A stretch of DNA of 59,075 bases from Welwitschia mirabilis (GCA_051453625.1 JBOZIK010000001.1:25087273-25146347); one strand, 5' to 3'. Counted from the stretch's first letter, positions 1 through 13,349 are shown. Notes: generated by a model from the letters alone, not told the origin. Numbers and translations: made by a program.

Positions 1-3000
1 TTGGGAGCATCATCAAGACAACGCTTCATAGGGGCTATGGTTTGATAACTAAGATGAATGGAAGAAGAGGTGAAAGTTAACTATTCACTCAATGTTCTGC
101 TAAATAGCGTGCAAAGAGAAAACATTAAATTTATTTTGAGGATGAAAAAAAGATGATTACATTCTAACTTATGAATAAAAAGAATTTGTTGCATTTCAGA
201 TGTTTAATATGCATTTCATGTGAGAGAGAAGGCATAAGAGATTTATTTCTTATTGCTAAATGAATCTAACAAGGCCTTTTCGGATGGGTGCTTATGCATT
301 TTATTTTTACGATTTACATTTCGACTAATGTCTTTAGTAGAAAGAAAAAGANNNNNNNNNNNNNNNNNNNNNNNNNNNNNNNNNNNNNNNNNNNNNNNNN
401 NNNNNNNNNNNNNNNNNNNNNNNNNNNNNNNNNNNNNNNNNNNNNNNNNNNATTTACATGTCGACTAATGTCTTTAGTAGAAAGAAAAAGATCGAATTGA
501 AGGAAGTATTGATAGAGAAATGGAGAATGGGCATTGGGGGAAGGTAATAGAAAAATAAGTGTTTCAATAGCTAAAATTTGATTAATTAATGCTTAATTCA
601 AATTATATAAACATCCTTCCAAAGTAACACTTCCGACCATTTCTGACGCGTGAAGACTTGATATGTTACTTTCATTTTTAAAGCGATTTGCCTACGTTTT
701 ACCTATGTTTGCCTGTGTTTTGAAGCATTTCACCTACGATTTTTATGGGGCAAGAACATTTTGATTGTTGAGGAGATGCAAAGCATTACTAAAACCAAAC
801 ACACTAAAAAACAGGTTGCAAGCCAAATCATGATGAAATGTTTAACACTTATTTACAGATCTGAGAATGACGAAATGCTTGAGTTAATTGATTTTCTAGT
901 GTTTCTGGCTTATGGGTGCATTTCTTCCATAAGAAACATTTAAGACACTAAATTTTCAAATGCATGAGTGAGTTCAACATCTGAAAAAAAAAAAAAAAAA
1001 ACNNNNNNNNNNNNNNNNNNNNNNNNNNNNNNNNNNNNNNNNNNNNNNNNNNNNNNNNNNNNNNNNNNNNNNNNNNNNNNNNNNNNNNNNNNNNNNNNAT
1101 CTCGTCCGCACACATCCTCGCTACTGTTAATAATGAATTCTAATAAAATAGCCTAATAGATAGGTTAAAGCAAAAGAAAATGGTTTACCTTTAGCAAAAG
1201 AGAGAGGTTGGTAGTTTGAAGCCATGCATTATACCCATTTTAATATTTAATGGTTTTTCATCACTCATTTAAATAAAAAAATACCACTCTATTAATCAAT
1301 CTTTATAACATATTAATGGTTGTCCTCAAGCACTCTACAAGTGGACCCTTTTCATAACACCCCTTTTATAACATCCCTATTTAAGAATTGTCTAATGCCA
1401 TAATGTTATTTTCCATTGCCCTTCAAACTATTATGATAGCATTTAAATATTTATTAATTCTCTTGAACATAATTATTCAAATTATTATTTTAAGTAATTA
1501 CTAATGCCCTTATCAAAACTATTTATTATAATATTAAAATAATTGTCAAGATGACGAGGAGACACATAACTCTTTCTTGAAGTTTTATTATAATAAATGG
1601 ACATTAAATTCTACATTCAAGGAATAATTCCAATATTCTAAATTTACACTCAAACTATAGACTTCAAGAAACATCCGCATTAATTTTTGCCTAAAATGAG
1701 TGGACCCTCAAACTAATGCTCCTCAACATATTTATTTATAACATTTATTAAATAATTTTTAATGCTCTTTAAGAGATTTATTTAATATGAAAATAAGTAA
1801 ATGATAAGGAGGGAAACTCATGTCTCTTACTTATTAAATCAATAATATTAAATAAATATTACTACTATAGTTAAGGCATGAAACCAATATTTAACACTCA
1901 CCAATAGACTATAAATTTTCAAGAAAATTTTGTAACTGATGCATAAAATAAATTGCCAACTTCATGCTTTTAAAAAAAAGATAATTCAAGAAAAGATATT
2001 TCAAAATTACCATTTTTAAGATATCATACACAACTAAAGATTCAAGATTCTAAATAAAGTTCCTCAAGAAAGGCATGAAGAAAATGTACTTAAATTTTCA
2101 TGTTTCATTGCAAGAATCTTTAAGGAAAATATTCATTATTCAATATAGTATGAATCCTCAAAGTAGACTTTATAAAATGCAGATCATACATATAATAGAA
2201 TGGAGTTTATCTCTTATCACAACCAAGGAACATTAAGCATAAATACATCTTGCATTCTTATGAAACTAAGGCATATGACATCAAGTATTATGACAAATAA
2301 GAATCTCAATTATTCAGCAATATTTTTCATAAAGACTGGATTAAAGATCCTCCACATCCATATGTTTACTTCAGCATTTTCTCTAGAATTTCAAGTTGTT
2401 ACACAAAAGTATGGGGTGAGAACTATGAAAATCTCATAGCCCCTAGTATGGTCCAGGCAAGAATATGTAATTTGGCAAGTTTTTTTAACAGTTAAGACTA
2501 GAAAAACAAATAAAGACTTTAAGAGGAGTAAGATATATTACAAATACTAGCCTTATGATTATAAATAAGAATATTATATATATTAAAATATCTCAATCAC
2601 TTCACTGCCTCATTTGGCGTTCTGTAAAGTCCACTGCCTCATTTAGTGATCTGTGGTTCTTATATAATATTTAACTTCATTACCTCATTCAGTGATCTAT
2701 GAATTTAACTATCTTATTCAGTGATCTATGGTTTTCATATATATATAATCTCAAATATCATTTACTTCAATGCTTCATTCTGTGATCTGTGAAGCCAACT
2801 TCCTCATTTGGAAATCTGTGATAAATATAATATTCCCACTTCCTCATTCGATGATCTGTGGGATTCTAACTTCACTACCTCATTCAGCGATCTGTGAAGC
2901 CCACTGTCTCAATCGGCGATCTCTAGAAATTCATAACCATAAGTTCAAATATAATGATGTTAAGAAACTAAGATAAGATTTGACCACGAGATATCATCTC

Positions 3001-3824
3001 AAGTCATATATTTCAATAGCATGATGACAAGGTAAATGTGATAAGGATTAATCACAAACTATCATCTCATATCAAGAATAGATAACATCAAGTTATAGAT
3101 CAAAAGGGTAAATTGAGATAATACATATATTAAAACAAAATTTATCTTATCAAGCATTACATGATTCAACATTCGACTTACAAAAATATAAACATGATGA
3201 TTTCAATAATGGAATGTATCAAGAAGAACCAACCAGAAAGCATGAAAGTATAGAATCATACTCGTATATGTTCCTTATTCCAAGACCTTCCAATATTTTA
3301 GATTTTCTAGACCTCTTAGGCTTCAAGATTTCAAGGAAAGATTATTTTGAAAAAAAAAAAAAAAAAACTAGACTTGAGGAAGGAAGGACTATATTTAAAT
3401 TAAGACAAAATGATTAAAATAAAAAAACAAAAGANNNNNNNNNNNNNNNNNNNNNNNNNNNNNNNNNNNNNNNNNNNNNNNNNNNNNNNNNNNNNNNNNN
3501 NNNNNNNNNNNNNNNNNNNNNNNNNNNNNNNNNNNNNNNNNNNNNNNNNNNNNNNNNNNNNNNNNNNNNTGCATTTAATCAAGCATAATTTCTAAGAAGT
3601 GCATAAGTAAATAAAAGAAATCATTACCACCACAAGAACATTTGAAGTTTGTATGCAATATTTTAATCAAAAGGTACTCAAACTTATAATTTAATATAGC
3701 ATCATCTTAAGAACATAATATTTATATCAGTTAAAAGTTTTAAAATAATTTAATCTTTTTTAAATATTACATTAAACATAATCTTTGCAGATTTTATAAG
3801 AAAAGTAAAAATATGGATGTGACA
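1..3824 (-). repeat. 3' LTR of element A (partial)
   Basis: Colinear with 8001-12043 (e.g. catcaaga..cttcataggggcta at 11 and 8011). On the minus strand it starts TGTCACATCC immediately after the PPT. Confidence 0.9.
2601..2925. repeat. LTR-internal array of ~24-bp motif (cactgcctcattcagtgatctgtg), ~9 degenerate copies with variable spacers
   Basis: Copies read directly from the sequence; the homologous array is at 10884-11140. Confidence 0.85.
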
Positions 3825-3837
3825 TCTCTCACTCCTT
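3825..3837 (-). promoter_or_regulatory. Polypurine tract of element A
   Basis: Minus strand aaggagtgagaga directly precedes the LTR TG, and is itself preceded by ttcaaggacaaaactt-cttaagg, typical of Tekay 3' ends. Confidence 0.8.
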
Positions 3838-3869
3838 AAGAAGTTTTGTCCTTGAAACTTGCTAAAAGA

Positions 3870-3960
3870 TCAGGTCTCCACTGATTAATATCTTCATTTA
3901 TCTTCCAAGTTGCTACTTCTATAAATTGGTTGTTTCATAATAATCTTGAAAATATTCTCC
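3870..3960 (-). pseudogene. Chromodomain (integrase C-terminus) remnant
   Basis: Minus-strand translation LL*NNQFIEVATWKINED resembles the Tekay VLWxNxxxEEATWE motif and lies just upstream of the PPT. Confidence 0.7.
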
Positions 3961-3969
3961 ACAATAACT

Positions 3970-4200
3970 ATTAAAAGTTGCCTTTACAGATGTATAGATC
4001 TTCACAATCTTCCTAAAGATTAATTTTACATTTTAAATTATAATTAGTATTTTCATTTACAACATGAATTATGCAATCTTACTAAGCACTTCAAAGTGAA
4101 AATATAAGCAATATTCCTCCTTATTCATTTAGATAATATTACTACAAAGTGCATATTGGAAGTTCTTCTTAGTTACCTTTGTATTAGATGAAGTTGGTAT
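3970..4200 (-). pseudogene. Possible RNase H remnant of element A
   Basis: Degenerate minus-strand NIAYI and KIYT motifs at roughly the expected spacing; heavily frameshifted. Confidence 0.4.
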
Positions 4201-6049
4201 AGGATATCCTTTAGCTTAACACCATTTTTCTTCAATAATAATTTCACATAGCTTATTCTAGTTCACTGATATCATTAATTTAAAAACTTATTCTTACATT
4301 AAGTGAGATGCCTACTCACCTTCATTGCAATACTAAAATTCATGATATATTGATTTCAAAATTTACACAACTCCTTGATTATTTGTGACCTTCTTATCTT
4401 TTCCATTTTCTAGTGTTGTAATGATCACTGGATTAGAGAAAATGTTGTGAACTAGCATATTTCTCATGTAAGAAATTTCTAAGAAAATAGATGAATACAC
4501 TTATAAACAAGTTAAACCATTTAATTTCATACTCTAAAATATCTTAATAACCTCCTTACTTTAATTATAGAAAAACATGCTTAAACCATTAAGTCCAAAA
4601 CTACAACTCAAGTTGGAAATGCTATAATCTCTTACTCCAAATTGTAACATACACTTCAAAAGCTGTTACGTAGAAATTACTTAAGCTTAAGTTTCAAAAT
4701 TATAAACCTTCTTTACATTATACTCCTTTATTATGCACTTCTTCTTTCAAGATTTATTAACACTTCTCCATGTATAATCTAGTTGAATTTCCACTTCAAT
4801 GATTTATATGAATGATATATCATCTTAAAGTCTAATAATTTANNNNNNNNNNNNNNNNNNNNNNNNNNNNNNNNNNNNNNNNNNNNNNNNNNNNNNNNNN
4901 NNNNNNNNNNNNNNNNNNNNNNNNNNNNNNNNNNNNNNNNNNNNNNNNNNNNNNNNNNNNNNNNNNNNNNNNNNNNNNNNNNNNNNNNNNNNNNNNNNNN
5001 NNNNNNNNNNNNNNNNNNNNNNNNNNNNNNNNNNNNNNNNNNNNNNNNNNNNNNNNNNNNNNNNNNNNNNNNNNNNNNNNNNNNNNNNNNNNNNNNNNNN
5101 NNNNNNNNNNNNNNNNNNNNNNNNNNNNNNNNNNNNNNNNNNNNNNNNNNNNNNNNNNNNNNNNNNNNNNNNNNNNNNNNNNNNNNNNNNNNNNNNNNNN
5201 NNNNNNNNNNNNNNNNNNNNNNNNNNNNNNNNNNNNNNNNNNNNNNNNNNNNNNNNNNNNNNNNNNNNNNNNNNNNNNNNNNNNNNNNNNNNNNNNNNNN
5301 NNNNNNNNNNNNNNNNNNNNNNNNNNNNNNNNNNNNNNNNNNNNNNNNNNNNNNNNNNNNNNNNNNNNNCTCTTCCACATTGTGCTCCTTTATTGTGCAC
5401 TTCTTCTTTCAAGATTCATTGATACTTATTCATGTATAATCTAGTTGAATTTTTACTTTAATGATTTATATGAATGACATAGCATCTTAAAGTCTAATAA
5501 GTAGTGGATAGAATGTATGAAATAAGGCTATGCAAGAATAGATCAAACAAGAACATAAGGTATTTTAGATTTAGTTGAGAGTAAGAAATGTCTAGCCATA
5601 AGGTTGAAGTGCATAATCCATCTAAACAGGATTGTGAATTTTAATCATATAATAATAGGATTGGTTGGTTAAGATTTATCATGATAGCTAAGGATTACAA
5701 GATGCATGCAAGCAGTAACTGCAAACGAGGATTTAATTAGTATAAGAATTTCTTAAGATAAGGGTTATTTATAGATTTACTGACAATAGTATATATGCTA
5801 ACCAGGTAAGCCTAAGAGTTAATCCATTATTGCAAGTAATGCCTCTACACTTTTATATCATAATAATATAAAGGGAAGCTTTTGCATGCTAATGAGGAAA
5901 AACTTCAACTATATCTTCCTTAAGTGCTATCAAGTTTTTATTTGGTAAAGGTAAGGAATTAATTTTTGTTATTAGATTTTCATTCCTATTTATTTAATTA
6001 ACAGAATTAAGTTCTACACCATTTACATTACTTTTGTCTTCTTATATAA

Positions 6050-7077
6050 GAAAATTTTTATTCTTCTTCATTTATCTTGCAATCTCATCTATGTTATTAT
6101 TAATCATAACCATATTATCCTGTCTCTTCTTTAATTCATTATCACCATTAAAGTAATAGAGATTTTAAGAAAACTTAATAAGAGTGGAAAGAAAATTGGA
6201 TTTAATAGAAATAACCTCAAGATATGACTAGATAACATCTTATATACATTTGTTATAGGTGCTTCTTGTTTCTTCCCTTCAAGGAAATTCCTATTATAGT
6301 GAAGTTTCTAACATAGAAAATTCCCTAGTCCCACAAATCTATCTCTTCCTTGAGTTGGATAAGTCTACTTTATTCCTTGAATTTTATGAGTTACTTTAGT
6401 ATTAACTGTATCCTTATTTACTCTACCTCTTCCTCTGATCATACCTACATTTTGAGTAAGTGATTTCTCCATGGTTGTATTCTTCTATATCTTAAGGAAT
6501 TCTTCTTTTTGCTATAATATTTTTATTCATGGTGTATAATTATTCACTACTTTTAGCCTTTTCTAAGGCTTCTACAATTGTCTTGGTTAAAATAATTTGA
6601 CTTAACCTCAAATTACTAGATTTAGATTGGTTATTTCTCTTCTAACTTTTACTTCTTCATTCCTATTTATAAGATCATAGAATTTGTTGATCTTTACATT
6701 TATGAAAAGTTTTTCTATGAATCTACCTCTAAATATTCTTTTAAATCTTCCAATTCATTAGTGTTGAAAACACTGATTAAAGTCTTTTTGCATTTCACCA
6801 TATTTCTACATTCCATTATAAAGTTGCTCTTCTAACCAATTGATGAGTAGTGAAGTTTAATAGTTTTAATTTGTTTTACAAACATATAAATAATTCTTCC
6901 ACATGTACCATGTTATTGACACCTTAGAAAGTTAGAGGATTCGTCTTCTTAACTTACACCATTGAGTTTCTATCTTCCCACTTATTTCTTTTTCATAAGT
7001 TCACCCAATAAGATGCTAACTAGATTTCTTTAAGTTGTAACCTCAGTTAGTTAGTTAAATACCCTTCTTAGGTCCAT
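6050..7077 (-). pseudogene. gag remnant of element A (Retrotrans_gag type)
   Basis: Minus strand MDLRR start at 7077, KKTNPLTF*GVNN..VEE, EIW*, NW..IFRGRF, then an RGRG-rich stretch near 6420. Confidence 0.7.
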
Positions 7078-7398
7078 TTCAAACCTATAGGAATCAAATC
7101 TACACATATTACAAACCTAAGTTTCCATGTTAAAGCTTGCAACTTTAACAGAGTTAAGCCAAGTGGAATTGCAATCTACATTCTAATAATAGTTATGCCT
7201 AGTGAAATTGTTAACCTACACTCTAATGTTAATATGAATTCATGGCAGATACGCCTAGCAAAATTGAAACCTAGGCTTTGATATCAAAATGTAAGAATTC
7301 AAAATTTATATAGTTGAAAATCTTCAAACTTGACGCTCTGCTACTAAAATGTAATACTCGAAAGTTTTAATGTTAAAAACTTCAAAACTCACTCCGAT

Positions 7399-7410
7399 GC
7401 TCTAATACCA
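7399..7410 (-). promoter_or_regulatory. Primer binding site (tRNA-iMet) of element A
   Basis: Minus strand TGGTATTAGAGC (consensus TGGTATCAGAGC), 3 nt from the LTR end. Confidence 0.85.
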
Positions 7411-7413
7411 AAA

Positions 7414-10400
7414 TGTAAAGCCCACAAATGTCTAAGTTGGAAGAGAGGCTAAAATTAATAATTAGGGCTATCCCTTCAAATAATACATCCATATATCTAA
7501 ATTAAGTAAAATGATGTTTCTAAGATTTAAAGACAAAACCTGTACTATTCTAACTCTTTATGATAACCATTCTATCTATTACTTCATATTTATTTAGACA
7601 TTACTTTTATTAATGCATAGATTAAATGTTATTGCAATTCTTTAGTTGTATAAATCAAGTTATTTAAATGGCAATTTTTGCAGTTAGTGATGTTTCTATA
7701 TTCTTCAGCATATAATATATTGGAAGGAAAAATAGAAGGGCTACAAGATAATACATGATGAAGAAAGGAAGAATATGTTAGCATTGGATAAATTAGAAGA
7801 ATCTAAAGTAATTACTAATAACAGAGGAGGAAAAGAAAGTATCAATAGTAAGAAAAAGGATTCTAGATGATGCACTACATTTCAAAAATTTTCATATGAT
7901 TCTTAAAAAACGTAACATAGGATAAGGAAATAAAGTTACAAAATTGACACATTGCATCTTGAACATGCTCTTATTGTGTTAGAGCATTTTCTTTAGTTCT
8001 TTGGAAGCATCATCAAGATAGCACTTCATAGGGGCTACGATTTGATAATTAAGATGAATAAAAGAAGAGTTGGAAGTTAACTATTCACTTGATGTTCTGC
8101 TAAACAGCATGCGAAGATAAAACACTAAAATTTATTTTAGAAAAATAAAGGATGAAAAAAAGATGATTGCACTCTAACTTATGAATAAAAGGAATCCATT
8201 GCATTTCAGATGTTTAATATGCATTTCATGTGAGAGAGAATGCATACGATATTTCTTGCTTATTGCTAAATGAATCTAACAATGCATTTTTGGATGGGTA
8301 CTTATGCATTTCCTTTTTCCAATTCACATTTCAAATATTGTATTTAGTAGGGAAAAAAGATCGAATTGAAGGAAGTATTAACAGAGAAATGGAGAATGGG
8401 CATTGGGGAAGGCAATAGAAAAAAGGGCATTTCAATGGCTGAAATATGATTAATCAATGCTTAATTTAAATTATATAAATACCCTTTCAAAGTACTACTT
8501 TTGACCATTTCTGACGGTTAAAGGCTTGAAATGTTACTTGTGTTTTTGAAGTGATTTGCCTACATTTTACCTACCTATGTCTATGTTTTGAAGCATTTTA
8601 CTTGTGATTTTTGTGGGACAAGAATGTTTTGGATGTTAAGAAGATGCAAAGCATTATGAAACCAGACACACTCAAAAATGGGTTGCAAGCAAAATCATGA
8701 TGAAATGTTTAACACTTATTTACAGATTTGAGAATGAGGAAATGCTTGAGTTAATCGATTTTCTAGTGTTTCTAGATTGTGAATGCATTTCTTCCTTAAG
8801 AAACATTTAAGACACTAAATTTTCAAATGCAAGAGTGATTTTAGCATTTGAAAAAACAAATGTTCATTCTTAACACTAGCCAACATGGTTTTTAATTGTG
8901 CCACACAGTAAACTATCACCCTTGTCCTACGAGCATTATTGCACTTTCCTAATAGAGATCTCTTTCGCATACATCCTCACTACTGTTAATAATGAATTCT
9001 CATAAAAGAACCTAATAAATAGGTTAAATGTGAAAGAAAATGGTTCACCTTCAGTGATTACTGCTTAGCATAACTGTAGATAATTATTAGAGAGAGATAT
9101 TAGCAGTTCAAAGCCATGTGTTATATCCATTTTAATAATTAATGACTTTTCATCACTCATTTAAAAAAAATAACACTCTAGTAATAAATATTTATAATAT
9201 ATTAATAGTTGCTCTCAAGCTCTCTACAAGTGGACCCTTTTCATAACATCCCTTTTATAACATCCCTATTTAAGAATTGTCTAATGCCATAATGTNNNNN
9301 NNNNNNNNNNNNNNNNNNNNNNNNNNNNNNNNNNNNNNNNNNNNNNNNNNNNNNNNNNNNNNNNNNNNNNNNNNNNNNNNNNNNNNNNNNNNNNNNNNNN
9401 NNNNNNNNNNNNNNNNNNNNNNNNNNNNNNNNNNNNNNNNNNNNNNNNNNNNNNNNNNNNNNNNNNNNNNNNNNNNNNNNNNNNNNNNNNNNNNNNNNNN
9501 NNNNNNNNNNNNNNNNNNNNNNNNNNNNNNNNNNNNNNNNNNNNNNNNNNNNNNNNNNNNNNNNNNNNNNNNNNNNNNNNNNNNNNNNNNNNNNNNNNNN
9601 NNNNNNNNNNNNNNNNNNNNNNNNNNNNNNNNNNNNNNNNNNNNNNNNNNNNNNNNNNNNNNNNNNNNNNNNNNNNNNNNNNNNNNNNNNNNNNNNNNNN
9701 NNNNNNNNNNNNNNNNNNNNNNNNNNNNNNNNNNNNNNNNNNNNNNNNNNNNNNNNNNNNNNNNNNNNNNNNNNNNNNNNNNNNNNNNNNNNNNNNNNNN
9801 NNNNNNNNNNNNNNNNNNNNNNNNNNNNNNNNNNNNNNNNNNNNNNNNNNNNNNNNNNNNNNNNNNNNNNNNNNNNNNNNNNNNNNNNNNNNNNNNNNNN
9901 NNNNNNNNNNNNNNNNNNNNNNNNNNNNNNNNNNNNNNNNNNNNNNNNNNNNNNNNNNNNNNNNNNNNNNNNNNNNNNNNNNNNNNNNNNNNNNNNNNNN
10001 NNNNNNNNNNNNNNNNNNNNNNNNNNNNNNNNNNNNNNNNNNNNNNNNNNNNNNNNNNNNNNNNNNNNNNNNNNNNNNNNNNNNNNNNNNNNNNNNNNNN
10101 NNNNNNNNNNNNNNNNNNNNNNNNNNNNNNNNNNNNNNNNNNNNNNNNNNNNNNNNNNNNNNNNNNNNNNNNNNNNNNNNNNNNNNNNNNNNNNNNNNNN
10201 NNNNNNNNNNNNAGAAATGACTGCATGTAATGCCTAAAAAATCATTAACTCCATACATTAATAAAATTAATTCAAAAAGGGCTATTACAATTAACATTTA
10301 ATACATCATTTGAAATAATTACATAACTGAATATTCAAATTTCTCAATAAATATTTCTCAAGAAAAGCATGAAGATTATGTACTCAAGTTTCCATCTTTT

Positions 10401-12043
10401 ATTACAAGAATGTTAAAGGAAAATATTTATTATTTAATATAGTATAAATCATTAAAGTAGACTTTATAAAATGCAAACCATATGTATAATAAAATGGAGT
10501 TTATCTATCATTACAACTAAGGAACATTAAGCAAAAGTACATATTGCATTCTCATGAAACTCAGACATATAACACCAAGTATTGTGACAAATAGGAATCT
10601 CAATTATGCAGCAAGATTTTTTATAAATACTAGATTAAAGATCCTCTACATCCATATGTCCATACTCTAGAATTTCCACCTGTCACACAAAAGTATGGAA
10701 TGAGAACTATGAAAATCTCATAGCTTCCACTATCATCTAGACAAGAATAGGTAATTTGATAAGAATTTCCAAGAGTGAAGATAGGAAAGACAAATAAAGA
10801 CTTCAAGAGGAATAAGATATATTACAAACACCAACCTTATGATTATGAACAAGAATATTATATATATTAAAATATCTCAATCACTTCACTACCTCATTCA
10901 GTGATCTGCGAAGCCCACTGCCTCATTCAGTGATCTGTGGTCTCATATATATATATATATAATCTCAAATATCATTAACTTTACTGCCTCATTCAGCGAT
11001 CTGTAAAGTTCATTGCCTCATTCAATAATTTGTGATAAATATAATATCCCCACTGCCTCATTTGGAGATATATGAGATTCTCACTTCACTACCTCATTCG
11101 GCAATCTGTGACGCCCACTGTCTCATTAAATGATCAATGGAAATCCATAACCATAAGTTCAAACATAACAATGTCAAGAAACTAAGATAAGTTTTGACCA
11201 CGAGATATCTTCTCAAACCATTAGATTTCAACAGCATGATAACAAGGTGAATATGATAAGGATTAATCATGAACTATCATCTCATACCAAAAATAGATAA
11301 CATCAAGACATCGAAAAAAAGGTAAATCAAGATAAGACATGTCTTAAAATAGAATTTATCTTATCAAGCATTACATGATTTAACATTTGACTTACAAAAA
11401 TATAAATTTGATGATTTTAATAATGGGAAGGACCAATAAAGAAGCATGAAAATATAAAACCATACCCATATATGTTCATTGTTTAAAGACCTTCTAAGTT
11501 TTTAGAGCTCCTAGACTTCCTAAGCTCTAAGATTTCAAGGCAAGATTGTTTTGCAAAAATAAAATAGACTTGAGAGAGGAAAGAATCTATTTAAAGAGTA
11601 AGAACATGAGTAAGATGATAAAAATCAAGATAAAAAAAGACATAACATGAGGCAATGGTTAAGGGAGGGTTACATAATGTCTCATAAAAGAATTGCCTGA
11701 CCACTAAGTGCTTTTAATAATATGAAAAGTAATGCTTCACATTTAATCATAATAATGATGAAAAAGATAAATAACATGCCTCCACAACATATATTTAATC
11801 AAGCATAATTTCTAAGAAGTGCATAAGTAAATAAAAGAAATCATTACCACCAGAAGAACATTTAAAGTTTATATGCAATATTTTAATTAAAAGGTACTCA
11901 AAATTATAATTTAATATAACAGCATCTCAAGAACATAATATTTATATCAATTGAAGGTTTCAAAATAATTCAATCTTTTCTGAATATTTTATTAACATAA
12001 TTTTTGTAAATTTTATAAGAAAAGTAAAAATATGAACTTTACA
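7414..12043 (-). repeat. 5' LTR of element A (~4.6 kb including a gap)
   Basis: Termini TGTAAAG...CTTTACA form a 7-bp inverted repeat; adjacent PBS; homology to 1-3824. Confidence 0.85.
10884..11140. repeat. LTR-internal motif array, ~7 copies
   Basis: Same cactgcctcattcagtgatctg unit as 2601-2925. Confidence 0.85.
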
Positions 12044-12292
12044 ACAACTCCCTATGATTTTTATTTTCATTTAGAGTAGATCCTGATTTAGATTCAGTGT
12101 CCTTCATACAAAATGGTAGTACAAGACATTCTTCTTAGCATGGGTAGCCCCCTCTTTGACATTCCTATGTTGTTGATGATGACTATAGTACACCAATAGA
12201 TGAAAACCAAAGTGTATCACATTTTGTAAAGAATTTTTTAATGATTTTTATAATGATAAGAGAGATGAATGAATGTACAAGGATGATGTGAA

Positions 12293-12446
12293 TATGAGCC
12301 ATCCAAAGAAGATCATGTTATGTTGATCATTGCAATTTTAAAAGATGATATCTTGACACAGCCAAAAAGCTTATTAGTAAGATGATGAAGGAAGGATTCT
12401 TGCTTACATTTCAGACATTTAATACATTACTATAGGTCTTTGTGAT
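12293..12446 (+). pseudogene. Pentatricopeptide-repeat (P-type PPR) gene fragment
   Basis: With two frameshifts it reads YEPSKEDHVMLIIAILKD/LDTAKKLISKMMKEGFLLTFQTFNTL/IGLCD, fitting the PPR pattern A..L...M...G..P...TFNTLI.GLC. Confidence 0.7.
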
Positions 12447-13349
12447 ACTAATTAGGTTTATATTTGTATTTATTTTTCTTCCTATGCTTTAGGCTTAGTC
12501 ACTGTCATAATCCTAGTCACAAAGGGCGTGATAGAAAAATAGCCTATTATCTATTTCTTTTGGTATTTTAAGTCCCCTCTTAGTGTTTTAGATATAAATA
12601 ATTCTTAATCTACACATCTTATTTTCTTATTCTCCAAAAGACAAATGTAAAGATTACTAGCTACAAAAGCATCCTTGAATTTTACTACACATTCTCTAAT
12701 TTCCTTTCTCTGTATCAAAAATTAATTTGCATCAGCTGTGTGCATCTTTTTATTGTTTCTTTTATTAAAAAATCATGATATCAAGGACTTTTGCTTTGTT
12801 CTTAAAAAATTGTTTACTATAATAGTAAGTTTAAGAAGATGAATAAGACATAAAAGCGAGTATTGATCTTATCTCCACGATAATGCCACTAGTTTATCAA
12901 TATACATGTGCATGATATTAGAAGATAAAGAAGTTGTTCATGTCAAGGATGAACATTCAACATGATTCGACGCTCTTGATTACTACCTTGCTAAGGTATT
13001 GAAAATAAACAAAAGAAATTCTCAAGGATAGCTAAAATATGAACGAACAAGAAAGAATGCACAATAAATGCAAGAGCCTAAGAAGTTATTATACTTGAAT
13101 TTTTTGAAAATAAAATGTCAAGAATATTGCCTACTAAACACAAAATATTACAAATTAAACATGAAACCAAAATTTTGGGTACTTTACAGGCTAGTCAAAA
13201 ATAAGAAATATAGACCATCGATAAAGAAGCATTCCCTAATATGTAGAAAACTTCAAAGTACTTTCCAGAAGCTTTAGGCAGTTCTTTTATTCAGAAAGCG
13301 CATATTCTTATCCTACTTCTTGTTCACACTATTCTGCGTAACAATTCTA

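Larger units (their letters stand above)
1..12043 (-). mobile_element. Ty3/gypsy chromovirus (Tekay/Del-like) LTR retrotransposon A, internally deleted; 3' LTR truncated by window start
   Basis: 1-3824 aligns with 8001-12043 (LTR pair). PPT abuts 3824 and a Met-PBS abuts 7414. The 3.6-kb interior holds gag, RNase H and chromodomain remnants, with no recognisable RT or integrase core. Confidence 0.85.

Noticed and set aside
311-491. ~40-bp direct repeat flanking the 100-N gap
   Set aside because: The sister LTR (~8320-8360) has one copy and no extra sequence, so this is a contig-overlap artefact.
2601-2925. Repeat-spacer pattern resembling a CRISPR array
   Set aside because: Repeats are degenerate, spacers irregular and partly repeated, the array lies within both LTRs of a plant retrotransposon, and there are no cas genes.
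9270-10297. Long ORFs in the track (also 4779-5412, 44368-45093, 46627-46898)
   Set aside because: They are runs of N translated as X, i.e. assembly gaps.
12887-12900. cactagtt as the left CACTA TIR
   Set aside because: It does not match the right TIR beyond CACTA, has no subterminal repeats, and lacks the tca TSD.
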